From contig CAZEEW010000001.1 of NCBI GenBank assembly GCA_964511375.1, forward strand, positions 6,512 to 70,511: a stretch of 64,000 bases of DNA. Direction: 5' to 3'. The stretch is from an uncultured Gammaproteobacteria bacterium. GTDB lineage: Bacteria > Patescibacteriota > Patescibacteriia > Magasanikbacterales > GWA2-37-8. The notes under the pieces are model-generated. The model searched no databases, was not told the origin of the DNA, and saw only the letters and a program-made list of their open reading frames with translations. Below are positions 28,725 to 38,745 of the stretch, piece by piece. The stretch's first letter is position 1; every line of letters starts with the position of its first letter. A program made the translations under genes and the position numbers.

Positions 28725-30143
28725 TTATTGCGGTCCACAACCAGCATCAAAGCGGCACACAACATTTTCACCGGAAGGAGAAGACTGAACACTAGTATTA
28801 GCCGTCTCGTTTTCGGTCTTCTTTTCAACCACAGTAAACTGACCACGGTACATGCCCATTGAGCACGAGAAAGGAATAGTACCGGTCTGGGTTGGCGTAA
28901 AACGAATAATGTTTTCCCCTTTCTTTAGAGATTGACTTATCCGGTATTCCGGAACGACCAAATAAGCGGCACAAGAAAAATTAGTCTCTGAATTTACGAT
29001 CCATTTCACTGGTTTTCCTTTTTCTACTACTAAATTATTTGGATAATAACCATTGGCTTTTTGAGTCATACGTACTATCTGCTCTTCGCCCGTAGTCTCA
29101 TTAGCGGTTGTGTTATTTTCTCCACCACCAAAATTAACCAACCGACTACCATTAGCGATATTTATCCACCCCAAAACAATAACCAACAAACCAGCTGTGG
29201 CGTAAAAAAGTCGTGCCTTCTGGCCTTTAAAGACCGAGGCCAAACCACCCACACCCAGCAACCCCGGTGCGGTGCCAACAGCAAACAAAGACATAATTAG
29301 CGCACCACGAACAAAACTGCCAGAACTAACAGCCAACAGCTGCATCGCTTGCGTAAACCCACAAGGCAAGAAAAAGGTGAGCATACCAGAAATAATTGCT
29401 GTTCTGTGACTATATTTTTCAGCACCTTTATTTGCACCAAGCAGCCGACCAATGCCCTTTGGCAAAGCAACCGAAATCTTTTTTAACTTTGGGAAGATAT
29501 CCACCAACTTAAGACCAAGCAAAATCATTACCAATCCCACAATAATAGTTAAAAAGCCAAGCAAACCAGCCGATGGACTTAGGGCAGAACCAACTAATCC
29601 AATTAGACCACCCAACACAGCAAAACCAACAATTCTTCCCAGATTGAAAAATAGATGTGGTACGAATTTCTGTTTCCTGGTTGTTTCTGGGTGTAACTCA
29701 CTATAACGAGCTGATGCTCCTAGAACCAGGCCACCAATAATGGCCATGCAGGTTGAAAACCCAGCTACTAGCCCAACTAATGGGACAATCCAAAGGCTGG
29801 AACTATCAGTATCAAGACTCATTTCAAATATACCAGCGGCCTTTCCAATTAAATATAGAACTACGATAATTAGCGCGGCATATCCAAGGTACTTATAATC
29901 CTCTCGATTCTTAGAGAACCACCCAACCTTCTCTTCCTGCCCCACAACATACCCAGCCTTGTCCACGGCCACAGCAATTAATTCCGGACTCGGTGGACTA
30001 CCTTGGCACAAAAGATTGGCTTGGCCAGTTTTATGATTTACCCTTACTTCTCTAACACCAGGCAAACTTATTAATTGTTCCTCAATTAATATTTCACACG
30101 ATTTACAATGCATGCCACGAATGGGCACTTTAAGTTTTGTCAT
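28725..30143 (-). CDS. HMA domain + DsbD_2/TauE-like transmembrane domain + C-terminal cupredoxin-like domain membrane protein
   Basis: N-terminal GMHCKSCE, polytopic core with FFLPCGFTQ, C-terminal about 110-aa beta-rich domain with conserved Cys/Met. Confidence 0.55.
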   Translation of the reverse strand: MTKLKVPIRGMHCKSCEILIEEQLISLPGVREVRVNHKTGQANLLCQGSPPSPELIAVAVDKAGYVVGQEEKVGWFSKNREDYKYLGYAALIIVVLYLIGKAAGIFEMSLDTDSSSLWIVPLVGLVAGFSTCMAIIGGLVLGASARYSELHPETTRKQKFVPHLFFNLGRIVGFAVLGGLIGLVGSALSPSAGLLGFLTIIVGLVMILLGLKLVDIFPKLKKISVALPKGIGRLLGANKGAEKYSHRTAIISGMLTFFLPCGFTQAMQLLAVSSGSFVRGALIMSLFAVGTAPGLLGVGGLASVFKGQKARLFYATAGLLVIVLGWINIANGSRLVNFGGGENNTTANETTGEEQIVRMTQKANGYYPNNLVVEKGKPVKWIVNSETNFSCAAYLVVPEYRISQSLKKGENIIRFTPTQTGTIPFSCSMGMYRGQFTVVEKKTENETANTSVQSSPSGENVVCRFDAGCGPQ

Positions 30144-30149
30144 ACTTAT

Positions 30150-30425
30150 TTAACGATTAGTAATGCTAAAAGTCTGCATCATTTGTTTTACAAATTGCAT
30201 TCTTTCTTCCTGGTCCTTTGATTTAAGTTTTTCAACACCACAAGAAAGCATGTGGCTTTCCATAATGTAACTATTCGCCTGTTTAAGCAAACCAATGGCC
30301 GCATTAATTTGCTGGGCAATATCCAAACAATACTGGTTTTCGTCCACCATTTTTTCCACACGTTTCAATTGACCACTGGCTTTTTTTAAATTCGTCGAAA
30401 CCTTTGCGTGATATGTTTCAAGCAT
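30150..30425 (-). CDS. csoR: CsoR/RcnR-family metal-sensing transcriptional repressor
   Basis: 91 aa, conserved Cys...His...Cys (C-x27-H-x3-C) pattern of the DUF156 family. Confidence 0.7.
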   Translation of the reverse strand: MLETYHAKVSTNLKKASGQLKRVEKMVDENQYCLDIAQQINAAIGLLKQANSYIMESHMLSCGVEKLKSKDQEERMQFVKQMMQTFSITNR

Positions 30426-30523
30426 ATTCTTATTTAATAAATAATTGAGTAGTAATAATATAACCTACACCCCAGGTGTAGGTCAAGACGTATAAGTGGA
30501 TAACTTACTTACCCGTTCTAGGA

Positions 30524-31768
30524 CTAGTTTTTCAGTCCTGTCAATTTTAGTTCATCATTAATCATCTGCATTTTTCTATGACGGTTTTTAATTTCCGTAA
30601 TGTCTTCTCCGATACTTACAACCCCCAAAATTCGTCCGTCCTCGTCTTTCATAATGGCATTCCGCCAAGAAATTTCACGTAACTCCCCGCTTTTTATTCT
30701 GATACTATTTTCATAAAACTCAAAGTCTTTCAATTTACCCTCCATAAGACTTGTATAAACATTTCTTAGTTGTGGGCGCATGCTTTCTGGAATAAAACTA
30801 TCAAACCAGTTTTTGCCAATTACTTCTTGCTCTTCGTAGCCCAAAAGCTCAAGTCCTTTACGGTTAATTCTTTCTACCTTTTCGTGGCGATCAATAAAAA
30901 CAAAGAAGGTGTTGGCTAAATCAAATAGGGTTTGCATGCGATCCCGCTCTTCTTTAAGGTCGCGGCCTCTTTGTTGCCAGTCTAAAAATAATGATCGGTA
31001 TGGTTTTTTCAAAGCCATGTTTACGACCGTGCGGTAAATGAAATAAAAGGAAAATATTTTAAGCAGATGAGCAATAAAATTTCCGTTGCCAGACGGAGTT
31101 GCAAAAGTACCAGCCACCACCGAGGACACCGCGCCAACAAATAATGAAGCAGAAATATAAAACAGGCTTTCTTTGTCGAAGTATTCACGATACTGGAAGA
31201 GCATAAAGATACCCACAAGACTCAACAGAGCTATTGTGTACTCACTGATGTTTTTAAAATCACTAAATTCCCTATAACTTCCAAGTGCGTTCGGAAAAAT
31301 CTTCCACTCTAAAACACCCAGTAAAACAAATAAATTTACTACAAAAATAGATAAAAATATGTGATTAACATTGATTTTTTTACCAATCAGAAAAGGTGCA
31401 AGGACAAAAGACAAAACCAGCAAATAGTCGGCAACCAAAGAAAGAAGGTGTGATTCGTTAGAAGGTAACAAGTGGGGCGTCAAAATTCCTGGGTAATTTA
31501 AAACGTGTAGCAGATTAAGAAATCCAACAAAAATTATAGCTATCCCGATAAACAAAAAATAATTATTTTGAATAATTCTACGGGCATGCCAAGTAATGGC
31601 AAATACCGCGCCCGAAAACATAATTCCAACTACCTCAACAAAATTATGAAAAAATCCATAAGTAAGAGACCGGGCATACAGAGCACCGAAAATAGTAGTC
31701 AGACTTGCTAATAGGAAAAAAACGCGTCTATACTTTGGGCTGACATTATCACCAATAAATCCTTGCAT
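30524..31768 (-). CDS. Membrane-embedded sensor with C-terminal PAS domain and no recognisable output domain
   Basis: About 8 TM helices followed by a PAS fold (FVFIDRHEKVERINRKG...ISWRNAIMKDEDGRILGVVSIGEDITE). Confidence 0.55.
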   Translation of the reverse strand: MQGFIGDNVSPKYRRVFFLLASLTTIFGALYARSLTYGFFHNFVEVVGIMFSGAVFAITWHARRIIQNNYFLFIGIAIIFVGFLNLLHVLNYPGILTPHLLPSNESHLLSLVADYLLVLSFVLAPFLIGKKINVNHIFLSIFVVNLFVLLGVLEWKIFPNALGSYREFSDFKNISEYTIALLSLVGIFMLFQYREYFDKESLFYISASLFVGAVSSVVAGTFATPSGNGNFIAHLLKIFSFYFIYRTVVNMALKKPYRSLFLDWQQRGRDLKEERDRMQTLFDLANTFFVFIDRHEKVERINRKGLELLGYEEQEVIGKNWFDSFIPESMRPQLRNVYTSLMEGKLKDFEFYENSIRIKSGELREISWRNAIMKDEDGRILGVVSIGEDITEIKNRHRKMQMINDELKLTGLKN

Positions 31769-31877
31769 AAATTAGTTTATATCCAATCAAGGATATCATA
31801 CTAACACAGTATGTCAAATGTAACAAGAAGACCCTTCTCAATTTTAGGATCCAACAAACGTTTGGAAGACAACATTT

Positions 31878-32462
31878 TTACATTAGCATTCTTTTTGCCA
31901 ATTCTGCTCGCTGCTCTCGATAATCAGGCACCGCTCTTTCGACTAAGCGCCAAAAATCTTTTGAATGATTATACTCCTGCAGATGTGCCAATTCGTGCGC
32001 TACCAAGTATTCCGCCGCGCGGTCTGGTAAGTAAATGATTTTATAATTAAAGTTCAGATTTCCTTTTAAAGAGCAGCTGCCCCAGCGTGTTTTCTGATTC
32101 TTAATTGTTATTTTCCTAAACGGAAACTGATAAACAGCATTGACCTTAGCAATCTTTTTCATAACTAAAGACAGCGCTTCAGATTTTCGTAAACGATATT
32201 CCTCATTACTGCCACGCAATCTTAATTTAGGATCTAGTTTCTTAAAATATTTTATCTCTTTCAATATCCAGTGCGCTTTTCGCTTCAAGAACCCCTCCAT
32301 CCAAGTAACAGTTACGCTGTGTGGCAGCGTGACAACAACACTTGCGTCGCAAAAAACTGCCACTTTTAAGCGTTTGGCGCGGCGACTTTTACGAAGTGTG
32401 TACGTAAGCTCGTGATTATTAATTATAAGCTTGCGGAGCATAAGTAGAGCCATTATAGCCAA
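31878..32462 (-). CDS. YgjP/DUF45-family metal-dependent hydrolase (HExxH)
   Basis: HELAHL plus downstream E. Typical about 190-aa size. Confidence 0.6.
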   Translation of the reverse strand: MAIMALLMLRKLIINNHELTYTLRKSRRAKRLKVAVFCDASVVVTLPHSVTVTWMEGFLKRKAHWILKEIKYFKKLDPKLRLRGSNEEYRLRKSEALSLVMKKIAKVNAVYQFPFRKITIKNQKTRWGSCSLKGNLNFNYKIIYLPDRAAEYLVAHELAHLQEYNHSKDFWRLVERAVPDYREQRAELAKRMLM

Positions 32463-32500
32463 AACAATTTAAGAACGCAAGCCCAGACAACGCTCGTAAC

Positions 32501-33046
32501 TTATTTCTTTTTTAGCTTAATATAAGATAGAGAAGCCAAAAGCAAAAAGGTGGTAAGGGACATCATCACCATTGTAACGTAGCCAAAGTTTTTTATGTAA
32601 ACTTGAGTACAAGATCCGCCGTTTACACCACAGAAAGAACCAGCGACCAGCCCGAGCTGCAAAAGGTACTGATAAATTGCAACTATGCCTCCCACTATAC
32701 TCAAAGGCAAGAGATATTTAAATATGTTATTATCTTTATAATACCAGGCAAAAACAGTTAAAACTAACTGTGGATACAGTAAGGCCCTTTGATACCAGCA
32801 AAGAGTACAGGGCGGATACCCGACAATCTCGGAATAATACAGGCTAAGAAGAGTACCAGAGAGAGTAATTAAGAAAGTAAAAAAAAGGGCATTTTTCTCT
32901 AAAAAGTCAATAATTTTATGGTTTCGAACAAAAACCCAAATCAACAGGCCAATCACCCAGCCCACTTGGGCGATGATGGTCGCGACACTAAGCACTAAAT
33001 TAATAATTTCAATGTTCATATTTTTCAGTTGGCCGGCAGAGCACAA
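32501..33046 (-). CDS. DsbB-like disulfide bond formation protein
   Basis: Four TM helices with CxxC (CTLC) in loop 1 and C-x5-C in loop 2. Confidence 0.6.
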   Translation of the reverse strand: MCSAGQLKNMNIEIINLVLSVATIIAQVGWVIGLLIWVFVRNHKIIDFLEKNALFFTFLITLSGTLLSLYYSEIVGYPPCTLCWYQRALLYPQLVLTVFAWYYKDNNIFKYLLPLSIVGGIVAIYQYLLQLGLVAGSFCGVNGGSCTQVYIKNFGYVTMVMMSLTTFLLLASLSYIKLKKK

Positions 33047-33405
33047 GAAGTCTTTTCAGCTAACCGCTCGAACGATACTTCCCCTGACTCACGGGTTCCG
33101 TCTGGGTATTGCCAAGTAGGATAAGACTGTACACCAGCGTCTTTACAAACACTGAGTTGCCCCTGGCCATCCGGAGTTGAGCACTCTACATAGGGTATGT
33201 ATTTAGCCGATTTTCCAAAAGCTCTTTTCTGGTTTTGACAATGCGAGCACCAAAATGCTCCATAAAATTTGGCACCGCTGTTATTAATACAGCGAGCGAA
33301 GTCATCATATTTCCCAGGCAAACGGCTAACGTACACTAGCAAAAGAATTATAGCTGCAGCAAGCATAATTCCAATTCCTAAATAATATTTGGTTTTCTTT
33401 TTCAT
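33025..33405 (-). CDS. Membrane-anchored thioredoxin-fold protein (DsbA-like partner, CSHC active site)
   Basis: N-terminal TM anchor, WCSHC motif. Overlaps and is co-operonic with the DsbB-like gene. Confidence 0.55.
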   Translation of the reverse strand: MKKKTKYYLGIGIMLAAAIILLLVYVSRLPGKYDDFARCINNSGAKFYGAFWCSHCQNQKRAFGKSAKYIPYVECSTPDGQGQLSVCKDAGVQSYPTWQYPDGTRESGEVSFERLAEKTSCALPAN

Positions 33406-33462
33406 AGATAATGTTTTATCACTAACAGTATATCGTTTAAATATCCAATCGTCAAATTCATA

Positions 33463-34167
33463 CTATTTAGCCATGGCTTTCACCCGTTCAGCAGAGGAAA
33501 ACTTTTCAATCGCATAACGCAAGGTTGTTCTGGGTAAGCGTGCGCGGTTCTTCAGTAAAAAATCTTTTAGTAGTTTTTTATCTCTTTTCCCCACCTCCCG
33601 AAGCATCCAACCTACTGCTTTGTGCATTAAATCATGTTTATCGTCTAACAATACTTTCGCTAACCGTAAAGCCTCCCCAAACTCTCTTCCACGTATCAAA
33701 GTAAAAGTAGCCAACATGGCAATGCGTCGTTCCCATAAATTCTTAGACTCCACCAAACGATACAACACCTTTCTTTCTTCCTGATGTTCGAAAAGAAAAC
33801 TTCCCACAATACCGGGACAGGTAACGTCTACCAAATCCCAATTGTTAATGGCTTGAGTATTTTTTAAATAAAAAAAATAAATCCTTTTCTTTATTTTCTC
33901 GTCTGCCTTTTTATATTTGTACACCAAAATCAACAATCCTGTCATCCTTACCTCATGAAATTCACTTTTTAACAATTTTTGTATTGTTTCAAAGTTTGCC
34001 TCGCGACTGGCGATCGCAACACGCCGCAAATCTGGCATGGTTGCTCCCAGAAACTTATCTCCTTCACCATATTCGCCTGGCCCAGTCTTAAAAAAACGCT
34101 GCAGAATCCTGGCCTTTACCGCATTTCTGTGTTTTTTTATTTCTAACAAAATTTGCTTTTCTGTCAT
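33463..34167 (-). CDS. DNA alkylation repair protein (AlkD/AlkC-like HEAT-repeat glycosylase)
   Basis: All-helical, typical about 230-aa size and N-terminal motif pattern. Confidence 0.6.
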   Translation of the reverse strand: MTEKQILLEIKKHRNAVKARILQRFFKTGPGEYGEGDKFLGATMPDLRRVAIASREANFETIQKLLKSEFHEVRMTGLLILVYKYKKADEKIKKRIYFFYLKNTQAINNWDLVDVTCPGIVGSFLFEHQEERKVLYRLVESKNLWERRIAMLATFTLIRGREFGEALRLAKVLLDDKHDLMHKAVGWMLREVGKRDKKLLKDFLLKNRARLPRTTLRYAIEKFSSAERVKAMAK

Positions 34168-34547
34168 AGTTGTTTTTTAAAATACTCCCATATATTTAAG
34201 AGCACTACCCACACCTTGTAATAGTAACAAATGACAATTTTGTTTACAATGCTTTACCCCCTTGACTTTAGTGTTGCGTCATAGTTTAAAGCATGTTATG
34301 GCGCGGATCGACACCTAAAAATAATACACGCTATGGTATATAAAGTTCAAAAAACGGCTGAATTCCTGCACGATGCCACCCAAGTATTTTGCGGCCAACA
34401 AAAAATAAACCAATAAAAAACAGGGGCCGAACCGGCCTCTATTTTTTATCTTGTAGCTTGTTATATTGAGCTAAAACTCCTGCAAACACTAAATTATTTT
34501 CCTCAATTTTATTCTTTTTGCTTAATAATTCTTGTCCTATTCAAGGT

Positions 34548-35800
34548 CTAGGCCCCAACATTGTCGACACGAATTTCTCTGGGTGTTGTTCTAGATAAAA
34601 CAATGGCCGTTATGCCTGAGACAACACCTAGAATAGAGAGGGCTTCAAGGTGGCCTAGATACTCTGAGGCAAAACCAGCAAGGATTGGCCCAATTACATA
34701 CCCTAAATTAGTTGTGGAATCTTGTAGCGCCTCGATCTCTTTTTCGATCTTCGGGGCTTCAGAAATATAATCTGCATAAACCCCATTAATCGCCGGCCAA
34801 GCGAGTGAAGTACAAAATGAGGCGAGGAAATTAACTATTATTAATATAACTGGCGCGTCCTTCAAAAAAACCAATCCGCTCATTATTAAAGAACCGGCTA
34901 GCAAAGAAAAAAAGGCGGTTCGCTTTTTACCAACTCGACCGGTCATATATCCTACTAACCAACCAAAAGCGGCGGCAGGGTATAGGCCACCATAAATAAT
35001 CCACCGAACTTACCGGCTGAAATTAAGCTCTCTGAGATTAATGGACCAATCAACCAAAAAAAGCCATCGATCGTATTAAGTATAAAAGTTAGGACCAATA
35101 CTGGTAATATTACTCGTCCCAACTTCTTAAATACTTTAAACTCCTGCGTTAATCCAATCTTTTTCGCTTCTTCATTATTAATGAACCTATCGCTCTTGTT
35201 TCCTTTTTTAAACACCAATAACAAAACCAGGTAAAACAAAAAGGAAATGGCAAGCATTACCCAAGATATCGCAAAAGGTTTAAAATCAATTGTTTCACTT
35301 ATAAGAAATCCTGCAACTAACGGGGCCAGCATGTAACCCAAAGAAATAAATACCCGCAATACTCCAAACGAAGAGGTGTGCTCGGCCGGAGCCACATGAC
35401 GGCCTACGAAATCAAAGTTGCTCCAATTTAGTAAATCGTAATACAAGCCCCAAATCGCCATGGCCAACAAAAACAACCAAATACTGTTAGCATAACTTAA
35501 AGTTATTACGTATAAAACACTAAGCGCCAACATCACAAAGTATAGACGACGGTAATTGACATTTTTTAATAAACGGCATAACAAAAAGTCAAAAATCATG
35601 CCAGCGACCGACGAAGAACCAATGATCATCCCCATGGTTGATTCTGAAAAGCCCGTCCTTTCCATGAGAGGAGGTAAAATAAACATTAATATCCCATCAA
35701 ACATCACCCAAAACAACAACATGAAAGAAATAACGTAAAGCATCCCCTGTTTATTTTTAAAGGTTTTGGTGTGGTTAAACAGGTGGTGAATGGTGGGCAT
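34548..35800 (-). pseudogene. MFS transporter split by a frameshift into N-terminal (34955..35800) and C-terminal (34548..34946) ORFs
   Basis: Two adjacent same-strand ORFs in different frames together give a 12-TM MFS architecture. 8-nt gap between them. Confidence 0.4.
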
Positions 35801-36257
35801 AATTTATAAGATTTTTGAATTCCAAATAGCTTTCAAAAACAACTTTTAAATTCTCCACAATATTATATTTGAAATAATCTTTTGGATCAATCCATTCATA
35901 GTGATCATGATCCTCACCAAGTACCACTTCTTTGTTATACGTAAAGCATTCGAAAAATGTGCCCACCACTTGCCAACTCTCACCCCGCACGACAGGCCGC
36001 CATTCATTTACAAAAAAGGGCCGGCCAGTTGTAACTTCTAAGCCAGTTTCTTCTTTTATCTCGCGCAGCAAACTTTCATCAAATCTCTGGCCCGGTTCAA
36101 CCCGGCCGCCAGGAACATCGTAAAGACCAATATTGGTTCCGTCTTTATATTTTCCCGACTCGCGCAACAACAGTACTTTCCCCTCGTGTATTAGAAACGC
36201 CTTGGTAGCAACAAACATTTTTATTTCCATATCCTTTTTATATTTTTCTTCCGTCAT
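35775..36257 (-). CDS. NUDIX hydrolase
   Basis: Nudix box GGRVEPGQRFDESLLREIKEETG. Confidence 0.75.
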   Translation of the reverse strand: MTEEKYKKDMEIKMFVATKAFLIHEGKVLLLRESGKYKDGTNIGLYDVPGGRVEPGQRFDESLLREIKEETGLEVTTGRPFFVNEWRPVVRGESWQVVGTFFECFTYNKEVVLGEDHDHYEWIDPKDYFKYNIVENLKVVFESYLEFKNLINYAHHSPPV

Positions 36258-36762
36258 ATGCCCAGTGCAATAACGACTGGCGCTGCTTGGGACGACAACT
36301 AAGGTCTCCCTTTCGACAATTTTTATTTACCGCATGGGCGTGCCTGGCATATGCTCTCCAGCGCCCGACCTGCCTCTCGTCTTCTCCAGGGATTCTTCTT
36401 CCTAAATAATACCGACAATACCACTGAAACCAGCCGTGTGGATCGTCTTTATAAATCCAACCCTTCTCCTGCCAAACTTTTAGCGGCAGACTAGCTGACG
36501 CACCAAAATAGTTATATTCTTTATGCTTATTTCCGTCCGGAGGACGCTTAACACCTGTAAACCAGGATTTAGGTAAATCGGCTGGAATTAAACCGTCAAC
36601 ACCGATGAAATAGGCACCATCAAATACACCGACCTTCAACATTTCCGGTGGTGTTAAATGTGGTTTAAAATCTGCATGAAAATTTTTACCAACCGGTTCA
36701 GTCAATCGATAAGTATAATTCCGCTGGAATTTATCACTGTAACGTATGACTTTTGGAGGCAT
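36238..36762 (-). CDS. Hypothetical protein (174 aa, Trp/Tyr-rich)
   Basis: ORF only. Overlaps the downstream NUDIX start by 20 nt. Confidence 0.4.
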   Translation of the reverse strand: MPPKVIRYSDKFQRNYTYRLTEPVGKNFHADFKPHLTPPEMLKVGVFDGAYFIGVDGLIPADLPKSWFTGVKRPPDGNKHKEYNYFGASASLPLKVWQEKGWIYKDDPHGWFQWYCRYYLGRRIPGEDERQVGRWRAYARHAHAVNKNCRKGDLSCRPKQRQSLLHWAYDGRKI

Positions 36763-36771
36763 AATTACTTT

Positions 36772-37890
36772 TTACTTCGCTTGGTGGTAACTATACAATA
36801 GCCCGCCTGGGCCTTTGGTATAAATATAGTCTTCAAATTTTGAGCAGTCGTAAAAACATCCACGATAATCATCTCTTCTGTCCCCATCTACTTTTGTTCG
36901 AAAACGGAAAGTATAAAACTTTTCTTGTGTTTCCCTAATCACGCCATATATGCCCTCATCATCTTCGTCAATATCATATGGATATCGAGGCTGAAATGTA
37001 AAAAAGGTATAGCCGTTCTTTTTGTCTTCCAGCTCGGTAATCACGTAGCACTTCTCATTAGAAAGAAAGGTTGCCCGGTCAATGAAATTATAGAAAGTTA
37101 CCCCGCCCTCCCAACAATCTTGGGTTACAGCACCTTTTACCAAAAAATAATCCTTGCCACTAAGAGCTACAGTACTGGGAGGCAAACTCTTAAAAAGCTC
37201 AGAAGATAGACCTACTTTGTTGAAGACCAGGTCCTTACCTTGCTTATTTTTCTTCAACACCTCAGTAATAGTTAGTAAGGGATAATACAAATAATCTTCT
37301 TGGTGGGTTGGATTTAGGTGAATGTTGTTGTCTCCGTCTGTTCTGAGTGAAAATATGTAGAGAGTGTCTTCATAATAGAAAGACGGAATGACATACAAGT
37401 CCGAATACATGTCATAAGAATTGTAATGTATGTAAACTAAGTCGGTTGTATAAATTTTATCCTCCTTTTCAAACTTTACTTTTCCACCCAACAGCGTACT
37501 TATTCCAAGATATTTTTCATAATATTTTGAGCCCAGGTCTTCATTATCTTCTAACCCGGTAACCAATTGTTTTACTCCGGAAGAAAGATATTTAATCTGT
37601 TCGATGTTACTTCTTTCTTTACCGAACCCTATGTCCACAACTGTCACTTTGTCATTTTCAACAATATTTGGTTGGGTTACCCCCTCCTTTTGGGCTTCTG
37701 TCTCTTGTTTTTTCAAACGTATTTCTACTCTATTTTCTTGGCTAGTAGGTGCTTGTGCTTTTTTGTCTTTAACATCGGAAGAGGCCGAATAAATTTGAGA
37801 GTACGCATTAAAAAAAAGATAACCAGCAGAACATAAAACTATTGCTTCTGCGACCAAAACCGACATTAGGAATAATGATTTTTTAACCAT
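36772..37890 (-). CDS. Secreted/membrane-anchored hypothetical protein
   Basis: N-terminal hydrophobic segment. No recognised motif. Confidence 0.45.
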   Translation of the reverse strand: MVKKSLFLMSVLVAEAIVLCSAGYLFFNAYSQIYSASSDVKDKKAQAPTSQENRVEIRLKKQETEAQKEGVTQPNIVENDKVTVVDIGFGKERSNIEQIKYLSSGVKQLVTGLEDNEDLGSKYYEKYLGISTLLGGKVKFEKEDKIYTTDLVYIHYNSYDMYSDLYVIPSFYYEDTLYIFSLRTDGDNNIHLNPTHQEDYLYYPLLTITEVLKKNKQGKDLVFNKVGLSSELFKSLPPSTVALSGKDYFLVKGAVTQDCWEGGVTFYNFIDRATFLSNEKCYVITELEDKKNGYTFFTFQPRYPYDIDEDDEGIYGVIRETQEKFYTFRFRTKVDGDRRDDYRGCFYDCSKFEDYIYTKGPGGLLYSYHQAK

Positions 37891-37899
37891 AGTAAAACT

Positions 37900-37987
<88 letters not shown>

Positions 37988-38076
37988 ATTTGCACCATAC
38001 TATCATTTACGTAGTTTATGGTCAACCAACTGGGTCTTGTAAAACAAACTAAAATATGTTATCCTCTCTTTGTTTT

Positions 38077-38164
38077 GGAAGGGTGCGAGAGCGGTTTAAT
38101 CGAACGGTCTTGAAAACCGTCGTCCCGCAAGGGACCGTGGGTTCGAATCCCACCCCTTCCGCCA
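38077..38164 (+). tRNA. tRNA-Ser (anticodon TGA), class II, CCA encoded
   Basis: GGAAGGG...anticodon loop CTTGAAA...variable arm CGTCCCGCAAGGGACCGT...GGTTCGAATCC...CCCTTCCGCCA. Confidence 0.8.
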
Positions 38165-38231
38165 ATGCAATTAATAGCTCTGTGCTCCAGGGTTATTTTG
38201 TTATACAATATATTTATCTAATAATTTTATT

Positions 38232-38702
38232 ATGAAAAAATATATCCCACTAATTCTTTCGATTTTAATTGCCGAGGCCGCCGGAGGTATTGGTTCAATC
38301 TTTACTTCAGAATCAATACCCAATTGGTACGCCTATATAAACAAGCCGAGTTTTAACCCGCCCAATTGGGTTTTTGGTCCAGTCTGGACAACTCTCTTTA
38401 TCCTCATGGGCATTGCTGCTTATCTAATTTGGAAAGAAGGATCAAATAAAAAGGAGGTCCGTTCTGCGCTACTTTTGTACGGCGCACAGTTAATCGCCAA
38501 CACAATGTGGTCAATAATTTTCTTTGGTCTTAAGGCACCAGGTGCAGCATTTATTGAAATTATTGCCCTCTGGATCTTAATTCTTTTGACCATTGTATAT
38601 TTCTGGCGCCTTAAGCCAATTGCCGGATTGTTACTTTTGCCATATATAGCTTGGGTAAGCTTTGCCTCGATACTAAACTTCTTCATCTGGCGCTTGAATT
38701 AA
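38232..38702 (+). CDS. tspO: TspO/MBR tryptophan-rich sensory protein
   Basis: NPPNWVFGPVWTTLFILMG signature with five TM helices. Confidence 0.8.
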   Translation: MKKYIPLILSILIAEAAGGIGSIFTSESIPNWYAYINKPSFNPPNWVFGPVWTTLFILMGIAAYLIWKEGSNKKEVRSALLLYGAQLIANTMWSIIFFGLKAPGAAFIEIIALWILILLTIVYFWRLKPIAGLLLLPYIAWVSFASILNFFIWRLN

Positions 38703-38745
38703 TATAATTTTAAAAGCACTGTCATTAGACAGTGCTTTTTTATAA

